DNA from: Dudresnaya verticillata
Taxonomy: Eukaryota
DNA length: 64,000 bases
Assembly (NCBI GenBank): GCA_977862235.1
Contig: OZ374562.1
Coordinates: 1,550,001-1,614,000 of the forward strand
Reading direction: 5' to 3'
This document shows, one piece after another, positions 48,232-60,014 of this stretch (the stretch's first letter is position 1; the number at the start of each line of letters is the position of its first letter). A program made the position numbers and the translations under genes. The notes below the pieces were generated by a model. The model made no database searches. It worked only from the letters and a program-made list of their open reading frames with translations, and had not been told where the DNA came from.

Positions 48232-50201
48232 GATGCCGGGTGCAAAGGAAATCGCAGAGTTTGTTCCGTTCGCTACGGTTTTGCGTGAGACTCAATCCAG
48301 GGCCTTCATCCAAGGAAGCAGAGACTCTGCTGTTGCATTTGTACCGTTTAAGACTCATGTTGCAATGCTGTTCGAAAGGTCAAACGTTTCCCACACGTGT
48401 CTTTTGTTGTTCTGAGGCGCTGAGTTCCGGACTCCCGGTTGCTTAACCCTAGCTAGGGGCTTTTTTTCGATTTTTAACAATAGACTTGAGGTGAACGTAC
48501 GTGTTCACAAGTTACTGAACAGGTGGTCCCAACGGGATGCAGGAAAGTTTCCAGTAGCTTCAATAATATGAGAGATTTTTATTGTGTTGTTTCTTGTTAC
48601 AATGCAGCACGCAACGACGCACAGTGTCTGTGCGTGAACCGGACACCGGATAAGATAAGATACAAGTACTTCCTGAGATCAGTAGAAATCCTCCGCAGCA
48701 TCGGTGGTGGCCAGCAAACGCCGTCCGTTGTTTCAGAACGAGATTCTGGATCCCTTGTGCTTGTGGTGCACGGACCAACAATGCTCGCATCTCATTTGTC
48801 AATTCAGAAAGGCACGGCAGCTTCGAAGCGACAGACGGCAAGGCCGCGGGGCTGCATGGGCCCGCGCAACATTGACTGCGTCACTGCGACAATAGTCTTG
48901 CGCTCAGCTTCAGCGACTAATTAGCCGTGCACAAAACGTACGCAGTGGTGCTGGCAGATACGCTCTCGAAACCGTTCCAATGCGTGTGCACCACGAAAAA
49001 GATGAAACTTACCTGTGGCACAGATAAAATCGTAGCTTTCATGTCTCAAGGTATGGGGGTGCGTTTCGCTGCTCCCTGCTTGTACCCCAATCTCTGCTCT
49101 CTCACCTTGTCGTCAACCGCCGGTCACAGGACTCGTGTTCCCCATCGTATCCCTACGGAGGGCTCTCCCAAGATACGAGGAATGTGCCAGCAAGCCACCG
49201 CTCGCAGACAGAGAGCCAGCTCGAGTGGCTTTTTGCAGGCAAGAATGACAATGCACCGTGACGTGATACGGAATAATGTGCTCTCCACGACAAGTACGTA
49301 CTGTACAAATCGCAATTCCCTTCAAACACCAGTAGATACTAACGACCAGCATGACAGTAACAGACCACGACCACACGATGTGAGGCGCTCAAGAATCTCC
49401 CACTTTTGGTTTGGATCTCCTTCAGCCTTTTGCCGGCAGAAAGGCAGAAGGGGGTTGACCCGTGGGCTGGGCAAGAACTCCACGTCCTTTATGGTTCGAG
49501 GGGCTCGCGCTGAGGAAGAATGCGATGTCGACTTTTCGGCCTGAGGCCCCTCTTTATGAGCATTCTCTGCTGGAGAAGAAGCTTCGTCGGCATCCGCCGA
49601 GAATAACCGCTCGCCGAGAGAGAAAAGAAAAAGGAGACTGCGACAGAGGTTGCGGAACCGGCTGCATGACGTTTTTGCCTTCTCGTCTTCAGTTTTTAGT
49701 GTTCTCTGTTCTCGTAAGCGTGGCTCCCGTACCGCTGCGGTGAGAAAAAAGCATTAACACCAGCGCTGCGACAGTCGTTGAGAAACGGCAGGGTTGTGTG
49801 CGGTGTGCTCTTACATCGAGGCATAACAGCAACGTGGTGCAGTATTGTATTAAATGAAGTTAAATGTAAGGGATAGTGGCCGGCGAGGCACACAGTTGGA
49901 ACAACTATGCGCATCCCGCCGTCATTGTCCTCACGAGGGGCAGAGAAACGATGCTTCCACAGGTGTGCATTGGTGAAACATGCAGGTATCGACAGTCCGG
50001 TATCTGAATCTGGACATTGATCAATCAGACTTTGCGTTCACGCGCAGCACAACAAGCCAATCACTCTGCCCTTCATAAGGGGCTGGCAGAGGCAGGCAGA
50101 AGCCGTAGGTGCCCCTTCTTGCATCCCGACAGTATGCCGAAGCCCCGGTCTGGGCCGCCTGTGCGCGCATCCTCCTCCAAGCCTACCGCCCCAGCCCCGC
50201 G

Positions 50202-51311
50202 ATGTCAGCACCAGCAAAGGCCGTGCCAATCTCCAGTCTAACCCTCTCCTCCCGCAACTGGTGCGTAACCGGCACTGTGTCGAAGTCTCGCCGGGCGGGC
50301 ATCTCGGCAAACCAGCGCCGCACGCGCTGGAAAGAGTTCTTCCTACAAGACGACGATAACGGCCCGGATATCCGCGTGGCCGCCTTCGACGCGGCGTCCG
50401 ACGCGGCCGAGGCCGTCATTCGCGACGGCGTGCTCTGTCGCATCTCCTCCGTCCACGGCGCAGAGGTGCACGAGCGCGGCCCCGCCGTCGAGATCCACGT
50501 CAACCATTGCGATGCCATCGAGGTGCTCCGGGCCGCACACGAACACGACGCAGGCTCACCTGCGTCGCGCAACCGCTGGATCCCGCCCGCTGTGCGTGCT
50601 CCAACGTACGACGCACCTGCGATGTACACGGCCGCGATAGCCGGGCATGGGTCTTCTCCAGACCGCTACCTGCAGAGCTCGTTAGCACCGGCGCGTCATG
50701 AGGGCACACCACAACCAACCCCTGCGTCAGTTCCAGTTGGTCCGGAAAGCAGAACCTACGATGTGTTCATAAGCCATGCAGGGCCAGACAAGCCTTTTGC
50801 CATTGCGATCTACAACTCTCTCCAGTCTTCCGGAATAAGCGCTTTCCTTGACAAGGAGGAGATCCCTGCTGGGGAGCCATTCAGTCACGAAATCGCAACA
50901 GCAGCGCACAGCTCTAAGGTTGGGCTATTCATTCTCTCGCCGGAGTTCTATGCGCGTAAGTGGACGCTTCGTGAGCTGAGCATGTTCTTTGATCGCCGTG
51001 ATTCCGGAGCGCGGCCTCAACCGAAGCTTATCCCCGTCTTCTATCGTTGGCGGCCGAACGACTGCGTCGAAGAGTTCTACCGAAGAGAGTCGGCGGGGAA
51101 TGTTTTCACTAGGGAATGTTTCTTCGATACAGCTATGCAGAACGAGTTTCCCAAGCATGATGTGTTCTGCCTGATGCGTCGGTTGCATAGGTTTGCTGGT
51201 GTTGCGTTGGATCCTGCGACTCCGCTTATGGTTAAAAAGGGAAAGGTGAATGGACCAGTACGGGCGGTGAGCGACAAGGTAGTAGATGTGCTAAGGGAAC
51301 AGCTGCAGTGA
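50202..51311 (+). CDS. OB-fold (RPA1-like)-TIR domain fusion protein, 369 aa
   Basis: N-terminal VPISSLT...WCVTGTVSK...FFLQDDDNGPDIRVAAFD...IRDGVLCRIS; C-terminal YDVFISHAGPDK...AFLDKEEIPAG...ILSPEFYARKWTLREL...LIPVFY. CCAAT lies upstream of the ATG. Confidence 0.85.
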   Translation: MSAPAKAVPISSLTLSSRNWCVTGTVSKSRRAGISANQRRTRWKEFFLQDDDNGPDIRVAAFDAASDAAEAVIRDGVLCRISSVHGAEVHERGPAVEIHVNHCDAIEVLRAAHEHDAGSPASRNRWIPPAVRAPTYDAPAMYTAAIAGHGSSPDRYLQSSLAPARHEGTPQPTPASVPVGPESRTYDVFISHAGPDKPFAIAIYNSLQSSGISAFLDKEEIPAGEPFSHEIATAAHSSKVGLFILSPEFYARKWTLRELSMFFDRRDSGARPQPKLIPVFYRWRPNDCVEEFYRRESAGNVFTRECFFDTAMQNEFPKHDVFCLMRRLHRFAGVALDPATPLMVKKGKVNGPVRAVSDKVVDVLREQLQ

Positions 51312-54300
51312 ACTGCAAGCTGCATTTTCAACGGAATTGACCTTGGAGGCGGTCAGAACCGGTACCCTTCCTTCGCCCTACGGGGGCCGACCTTCCAAGA
51401 GCAGCCGGAGACGTTAGGAAACGTTCGAAACATTCTGGGAAGCACGGTCACTTCTCGACGAGGCGCAACAACGGCATTTCGGTCGGGGCGGCGAAACGCC
51501 AAACCTGCCAACCAAGTTCGTCGCCAGCATCCCGTACGCCGTGACCAGCTCCACGAAGACCCGTCGTTCGAGAGCGCACTTTGGGTGCTGCTAGGCCCGC
51601 CAACGAATTGGGCTGCACTGGCGGGGAGCTGGGTGCTAGGCGGGTTGCGCACGACCAGAGTGGCTCATCGCTTCCGCGGGCATTGCGCGGGAGCGGCTTG
51701 CACGGCAGCGGCCTTCTTCATAGCACAACACCCATGTGCTCTCTCGCGCAACGAGAATAAGCGATGTGTGTTGGCGGTGCTTCTTCAGGCGGTGCGGCTG
51801 GGCACGGGGTTCCGGGCTCCGCCGTTTCAGGTCGGACAGGAGATGAGGAGATTTCGGCGGCAGGCAATCTGGGGCGAGATCTCCGGCTCGGCTTGGATGA
51901 CTGTTTGTAGCACTTCAGCGAGAAAGTGAACAAGAGGGGTCTGGTGCTGCTCCAGAATGTGGCAATGGAAGCGACTGGCAAGATGTTTCCGTTTGTGGCA
52001 CAATGTGACGACAATAGGCCCAAATATTACCGAAAAGTAGAACGTTTGTCGCGTAACAGCACTAGCGATACTCTACAAAGTATCTGCCGCCTGCACCACT
52101 GTTGTTCCTTTTCAGAAACCAGGGCACAGCGCCGGTACGAATGACGGGCCGACATTATGCGGGACGGCGGTCACAACCATGTCGACAGACGCTCGACGAA
52201 AAGGGCTGTGTGGCCTTTATGTGTGTGCACACTTCGTCAACACAGACATGGAGCAAAGCAAATAAAATACTTGGCGTTCTTCGAAGGAGCCAGCGGCGCG
52301 AAGCAGCTCCTTCCTTCCTGGCTGTGTTGCCGTGCGCTCCGCTTGCATTGCAACGCTTGACCCCACGCGAGTTGACCCCTCGAGAGCGGAGACACGTCGA
52401 CTCATGAAGCGCTTCGCCAAGGGTAACATTACAAGCACAATTGAAACTACTGACGTATGCCCCTCGCTCATGGCGTGGCGAGTAACGTGTGCCATTTGTT
52501 AAAGTGTATCCGTTCCTCGTAGTGTTACGACAAGCGGCGGAGCCCATAACGCGAGCACCTCCTGCCCGCGCGATTCCTGACCGCAATGCCCGTGTCTGCT
52601 GCTCTTATCATGCACCCGTCCTGAGGCTTGGTGTGCAGTATGTCTTTTTGGCTACAAGTGAGTAGAGTCCTGCGGGCAGGGACAGGATTCCACATGTGCT
52701 GTGCTTTTCTTTGAGTGTTGTGGCCATCTCTGTCGCATATTTTGCACTATGATTTCCCCCTTCCTTTGAAGCCTTTATGGGCAACAGCGCGAGGTGAACA
52801 GCCCTGCGATTTTGGCTATTGCTCAATCTGTGCCACAATCTGTACCTGTTGCTGGCAACTGGGCCACAACAGCAACCGTTGCCTCTCCGTTACCTCATAA
52901 AGAACGCACCCAAGCTATCTAGTTGGAGTCAACAATAACATTCTCGACCATTGAGGAAAGGGACATCCGTTACGCAGGGACAGCTTTTTCGACTTAAGCC
53001 GTTGTCCAACAAGATCACAGCAAAACACACCCTCCGCTGCAAACGACAATCGCTCCTTGTTGCAACACTCCTATTAACACCACGTCAGGATCTAGATACT
53101 CATTCTACAGTGCATTTTGACACTCGCTGTGAAGGTCGTGAAAAGGCCCTTGCAGTAGCGCTGCGCTATCCTTTACTCAGCACGATCCAAGTGAAGTGGT
53201 AGATAGCGAGTAGTCGTGTGCGAAAAAAAGAGGCTTACTGGGGAACACCAACACGAAAGGAAGGGCCAAGGCAGAAGACCAAGGCTGGGCAGCGGGCTGT
53301 TGTCAACGCTGCTACTATTGCGACGATCCGCGCTTGCATAAAGCAAGAGAGATTCGCACGCTAACGCTCCGCGACCGCAATTGCGCTCGCACAGGAAGAA
53401 CGGCAACACCTCGGCGCAGCAATCGCGCTTCGCGCGCCGAAGTCAGTTTACTGCCCGCCGCAATGGGACGGGGTTGCCACCGGCCGGCCCGCCGCTGTGT
53501 TGTTATATTTTATTTGTTGTTTATTTAACGTGGTCCTGCGTAGGCGACTTTGGCCCATTTGCAGGCACACGGTCGATTGATGGGCGGGGAGAGATGCACT
53601 ATGGAGTAGAGATGTGGCGGTGGGTGGGCTTGTCTACTGGGTGGCATGCGATGAGGGGTATTCTTCGAGGCATATACGACGGATGGCTCGCAGGCCGTCG
53701 CAGACGCGGTCGGCAGCGGATGGGTCGGGGTCGTGGAGTGACAGAAGTGACAGTGTCTGTGCGTGCGGTCGCAGTGCGAGACGGGCGGCTGGACAGCTGG
53801 GTGGGATCGGGAAAGTCCCCAGGTGCCAGCGTGTGGCTAGCTTCCTGTCTTGGTGGTCCGGGAGTTGCAGACCCAACGGTAGCCGGTGGTGTCTGTGAAC
53901 CGGAGCCATCCTTCTTCCTGATAACGCCATTGTCCATTCTCTTATAGCGACGGTTGTGGGGGACGTACCTTGGCGCAGACTATCTTGGATGCCTGGGTGT
54001 TGAAGGTTGATAGCGCCGTGAGTGTCCGACTTGCCTGCCATGAGGCTTGAACGTTCTGCCGCTGGGTCAAACGGCGCAGGCTGTGAACGAGCTTGTGTTG
54101 TAGGGATCTTTGTCGCAATTTTCGCTGTAGCGCTCGGACTCGGGTATCGTGCCCCAGAGACCAGGCGCTCTGGTCATGCTCCTACTGTATTCGTCGAAGC
54201 GACCTCCAGAGATCACCCTAGAAAGCAGTCGGTCTTGTTCTTCGTCCGCAGTAGTCCTTTTCTGGCTGACAGTCCCCGGGACTCAGCTTCATCAAGAGCC

Positions 54301-54836
54301 TGTTGCATCGCCTTCCACGCTTGTGGCGCATGAGACAGGGTTTCCCTTTCACTCTGCAGCGCTGAGCATCGGCTTACAGCGTTCGTCCACACTGTTGACG
54401 ACGAGATGAGGTGTTGAGCGTCACACTATCCCCAATAAGAAGAAAGAATATAGAGCTTTACCGAATCTGGTCTAAAAACCACAAAGGGGGCACTTATGCA
54501 GAGGGTGGACGCAGAAGGTAGAAGAGAAAGGAGACTACGAATGGCACTCATGGAGCCCCGTGAACAAAGTGAGAAGAAAGTGATAGGCAGAGCGGAGTTT
54601 TGGTAACCGAATCTGTCTTGTCTGCTTCTAAGAGCGTTGGAGATTTTCCTGGAATGCTCTCTTTCTTAACTCTGGTGTAACTCCAAGGTGCCTGTGCAAT
54701 AGATAAGCTTGCAATGCAAATCTCTCCAGAAGAAGCAGCAAGAATATGAGGGAAACGCAATGATGAAACTGGTGCCACAGATGACGACAATTTTCTTCCC
54801 GACTGGAAGATGCTAAAACATTCTCTCTGTCCGTTC

Positions 54837-55160
54837 TTATGCATAGCAACAGCTGCACCCAGGGTGACAATGGAGACAACAATGATTGCTGCTCCTACTC
54901 AGTCGGCCATGATACAATTCTTGAGAAGGTGGAGAGTGTTCGCCATTCTTGAAGGAGCCCTTTGCATTCTCAGTCTTTGATACAGCATGATGAGACACAG
55001 AGGCCGATCCAGTCCCGGCGAAGTGGGCAGATACTTCTTGGTTGAATTCCTGCTCTACAGAATTGCGAAGAACTTTGGTAGTCGTGAATGGGGGAATCGC
55101 TACAGAGTGGGAGGAAGAGCAAAGGACTAGGAAAACGAGAGAAACGAATAAGAGCTTCAT
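54837..55160 (-). CDS. Putative small secreted Cys-rich prepropeptide, 107 aa
   Basis: Strong signal peptide MKLLFVSLVFLVLCSSSHSVA, a polar spacer and C-terminal CCLHCHPGCSCCYA. Confidence 0.55.
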   Translation of the reverse strand: MKLLFVSLVFLVLCSSSHSVAIPPFTTTKVLRNSVEQEFNQEVSAHFAGTGSASVSHHAVSKTENAKGSFKNGEHSPPSQELYHGRLSRSSNHCCLHCHPGCSCCYA

Positions 55161-58100
55161 GGTAGGTCTAGATGATGGGGTATTGCTGATGTGTTTGTCT
55201 CCAGATCCCGAAGGCGTATGGTCAAATAGCAGGTCGGCTGATATATACGCAAATAGACTCAAAGGAGACAATAGAACGTCTCTTTCTTCGTTGCTTCCCT
55301 TAGCAACGTCTAAGAATAATCATACACTTCTCAGGACAAGCCCCATTACAAGCATGTAGAAATCAAAGTTATGTAGGGCTTCTCTAGAGCACGGTTTTTA
55401 TGTCACCGATAGCTTACAACCAGAGTTTCTATATGCTTTGCGTTCCTCACTGACTACGCCGCCCAATGCAATGACCATGACTTTCCATGCCCTCTTCGCA
55501 ATCAGAGTTACTGTCTCAAAAGCAGTATCCTACACTCGTTGAAAGTTTTTTCGTTCACCATGTACTCCTTCCCCTTGCAAGTGCCAATGACATGCTAATA
55601 ATGCTGAATATGCATTCGAGTTAGCACATAGCCGCACATAGCCCACCATCACTCAGACATGTTCACAGCATCTAACTGTAAATGAGGCCCGAATTGCTCA
55701 CACACAATACTTCCATTTCTCCTTTCTGCTCCACTCCAGTGCACTACGACACATCACTATCACAGCCAGCGCCTCGTAACCCTCCACTCAGACAAACAAG
55801 ATAATTGTAACTGATGCGCGCATCTTTTTAATAACGCGAAAAGTACGTCAGCCTTTAGGCTATTGAGGGGGAACAAGCACAAACGTCTGGGAGGGTTAAA
55901 TCTGGGATAAATTGGCAAGAGCGGTGCGCAATCGTACGGTGTGTCGTGTAACGTGTTCTGAGCCGTACTGTTGCGAAACGTGTACTATCACGCACGGTAG
56001 TCAACAGTAGCAGAGAAGAGAGGGTAGAGAAATAAAACTTTACTGACGAAGGAGCCCAGGCGTACGACCTAGCGGCAATTGCGCAACGGACTACGTCCAA
56101 CGTTGTGCTTATTCTTCGTCTCTCTCTGTCTCTCTCCAACCGCGGGCTGTAGCTGCTCACGCAGCTGTGATAAAGGTTGCGCCGCCGTCGCGCTGGCCGC
56201 GTTGTACACGTGGCCAGCGCGTTTCAAAATATAATATCGGGCGGCGGCCCAATGACACGGTGTAATCCAAAAGGCCGGTTGAAGAGATTCAGTGGAAAGG
56301 AGCACGCCGTGGACAGAAGTAGGTGCGGATAGTGTTTGCGCTGCAGGTCGGCCAGACAAAGTGCCGTACAAACCTGATTGAGAAGATCATCCATTACTTG
56401 CTGTCTTATGCATGCCTTGTTGCAGGGGCGTTTGGAACATGACATACTTTCTCGTCAGACTTGGGTGAGACTCGCCTATTGGAATTGTTTCCAAGCTGAA
56501 GACCATAATTACTAAACTGCTCAGTGATGCAAACGTCTTCGTGGGTTGGAAATTGTTGGTTAGTGTATGGCATGAACAGGATTCTGTCTGGACGAGTAAT
56601 TGGTGTCATCTTGATGATGTCGTGTAGGGTATTGAACTAGAGAGAGCATGAACATGGAATCTTGTACTCGCGTTGTAATTTTCAACGTTGAAAGATCTGG
56701 GTGAGCAGAGCATTATCAGATGGAGAAGAAAGTTCCAACGAGCCCAGGCGGTCTTGCGCCATCAATGATTGATTCGACTTTGCTGCAACATTCCGCAGAG
56801 GTGTAAAACGCTTGTCGATACTGTGATTAATATTCAATACCTGTATTTCTGGCTCTGCGTACGCTCACATCGCTCCGTGTGAACTCCAACTTGTATCGCT
56901 GTTATTCTGTTTTCTCGAACTTATCAATGCTATGTTTTCCTTCTCACACGCCTTACCTCATTACTGTTACAGTGCGTTGCGGTCTCAGTTAACAGGTGTA
57001 ACCTTGTTGACCGCCGCGTTAGAAACAGTGCAAAGCAAGTCCCCTTAGGGGGGTTGCTCTCAAATTTGAGAACAAAAGGATACTTGATGTTTAGTCTTTG
57101 GCAATAACATTATTAAGAGCAATACCTGACCTGAACTAGGCCATATGGTCTATTCAATAAAATTAACTTCTTCGCGGATATTCGATAGGAAAGAAATTGT
57201 CTTGTCTACAGTCAGCTTGGGCTAGTACATGAACATACCGGGTTTCGAGAGCCAAGAAATCACTGTAGGCTAGAAGATGAATTGTGTTGAAAGTGTACAC
57301 ACAGGTGTCAAAAAGGCACGGTGGACTAGGCTATCTTCAGAGTGGGCTAGCCGAGCAATCGTGAGCAATCGCTTAGCAGTCCACCATGTATATATCTGCT
57401 GGAGTCAAAAGCTATAAGCCCCGATCGGAAAAGGAAGAGGATGTAAATAGCAAAGCAAAGCATGAACATTACAAGTGGTGATTCAAGTGCTTGCGCAAAC
57501 GCGCGGAGGAATAATTTCCAATATCGCAGTACAGATAATAATGTCTAATCTCGCAGGACAGATAATCCGCCACCATCTATCTCTACAAAACGCTAAACTG
57601 TAGCGCTCTGCCTAGGCTGGACTATGTCCACGCTGGAATGTTCGGACTTCGGACCAGTCAGAGAGCATGACGACATGCAGCTCTAAAAGTGGAAGCCTTC
57701 CCTCTCCCTTTTGGTTCGGAAAAGAGTACGGTTTCTTCAATAGAGACCTTCGCGAGAGATTGCTACAGTACCACACCGTACTCATCAGAACGTGAAGTTC
57801 TTTTTCGTACTGCTTGTTTACGGTGTGCAGCCTCGAGAGCCGCACAGCCCCAGAAATGGCTGATTTGGTGCGCTTGGTGCTCGTGCGTAAGATCCGCATT
57901 ACATGCCAGCCGGGGCCTTTTTCTTTTCGCGGCACCGTGCGACTGTGAGGTACGTAAATATAACAGAAAAATACATATCCTTCCTCTTGTAGCACGGCAT
58001 TGTCTGATGGGCTGCAATCCGACCTGTGGACGGCGGACCGCAACGTTCCGCCGACGATCTTGACGCCAACAAAAGGTGTACAACCCGGCACCACGTGATT

Positions 58101-60014
58101 GTCTCTAGTGCTTGCCTGGATGCATTCTATAAAGCCATCTTTCCCTTGATCAAACATGGCTCGCATAGGAAGGACGCCTTAGCAGTTGCTTGTACTTTCC
58201 ACAAAAAGAAGCCCCCTCCTAACGCACTCTTGCGGACTGTGTGCAACAGGACTGCGGCTTTGTCTCCACTCTCTATTGCCCCAGAACCTTACTCCGTAGT
58301 CTAGGTCCTTCTACTTCGATGCTTCTCAGCAGTGTAGCAGACTTTTGAACCAAAAAATTTCATGCATTCGACTTAGTCGGGTCCGATATGAGAGGGATCG
58401 GACGATCCCAACTGGTGACGATCCATCGTCACCAGTTGCAAACATGTGGTGGAATAACAAGCTGCACAACCAGAGACAAACATTCCTCACTGGGTCCACA
58501 CTCACTTTGTGCTTCCAGTGCTGTATTTTGGATAATAATCTGTCGAAAAGCCACGAGACCTCACCGAGGTGCTGCAGGAATGTCTGAGTAGCAAAACAGT
58601 ATTCCAAGTCTTGGCCACATGGACCCTTCTCCAGCAGTATGACTATTGTAGTATTTGATACTTCAAGTCCTGTTTTCGCGCTTCTTTATTGTCCGGCCGT
58701 TCCACTCGGCCTGATGACCAGGCCACCAGGCCCTGAGTAAAGGTAACCTCTTGCGAACCTTTTCGTATGGGGAGATATTGTAATTTACGGCAAATTCAAT
58801 AAGCTCTCACTGCCATCGGCGACATAAGCCCCAAAGCAACCTCTATCGTCTCTTCATAGATTATTAGGGGGTACTCAAACAGCAGCGGGCGCATTCAAGT
58901 GCACATCCTCCACCTATTTTTCTTGCCTGCCAACCACTCTCACGACCCTTGTGCTCCAACGTATTGCGTTAGTTTGAACCGCTGCAGCCTCTCCCCTCCG
59001 TCGGCTTTGCGTCATAGTCCAGCGTGATTTCTCCTAGGCGACCTTTTAGTCCCCATTGAATGTATCTCTCCCCATGAATTCCTTTCCTTATCCGTTGGCC
59101 CCCAAAGTTCAGTGTGAGCGTTTAATGGAGTTCGTGATCCTGAAAGAGCCCAACAACGTACGTATCGATACCCTCCAGTACAGTACCGTATACACAATCA
59201 CACTTCTCACTCCACAACCAACTACTCATTCTCAGCGACCAGCACCTCTTGAGACCGAGTGATAAAACAGAATGGGCTTCTTGCGCCTTTCTACAGGGCA
59301 ATCACTTGTAAAGGGTGTTCTGTAATCCCGTTTCGACCAGAGTTTTGCGCAAGCACAGAGGGCCCAAATACAACAACTTTCTACCGCGGCCCTATTGCAC
59401 GCATCTATTATCGGGTCCTTCAGGGTGTTAGAGATTCGCTGCTGCCCAGCTCGCGGGTACCTTGCAGGGGACCTGAAATGGCTTGAAATCCTTTCAATGA
59501 AAGGCCGAGGTTTCGATGCGGAGAGGGCCAATATCCTCAGCACCGTGGCAGGCACGCGCAGAATAGTTGCGCAACTGCTATCGTAGCACTACTCCGTGAG
59601 CAGGGCATGGGCATTGGGATCGCGCTACCCCCAAAAAACCAACATACTGCTGGGTCCCAGTCGCAGCGGTCCGGAGGTCGCCGACGAGTCGAAGGGAAGG
59701 TCGAAGACGCAGGCCTGAGAAAATGATGGCGGGGTGGCGGTGCTGGGTCATCGCTTATTTCAGGCAAAGTAATGCCTACGAGCGATAATCAGATTTATCG
59801 ATATGTTTCGCAGCATCATTAAGGCGCACTGCCCCTAACAACTTGAGATAAATGCATTGTATGGGAGCCCTTACAGCCCCTAAAACCTTTGGGAAGCCTT
59901 TGCAGCCTTTCCCACACCGGGGATAATATATATGTGCTGCGAGCACGCCTGGCAAGAAGACCGCTGTTTCCTCAACATCACTCACCTATTTTGACTTGAG
60001 CATCTTGACAACTT

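Noticed and set aside
48443..48460. TAACCCTAG telomere-like motif
   Set aside because: Single copy with no array.
48523..49914. ORFs of 60-205 aa between the GSDH-like and OB-TIR genes
   Set aside because: No recognisable motifs, mostly non-ATG starts; probably intergenic or UTR.
51353..54550. Overlapping short ORFs, possibly a spliced gene near 53600-54400
   Set aside because: I could not build a consistent gene model or recognise a domain.
55855..59990. Fragmentary ORFs (e.g. 57612-58166, 58326-58607) and a promoter-like patch near 56200-56270
   Set aside because: Possibly decayed genes or TEs, or the promoter of the peptide gene, but nothing diagnostic.
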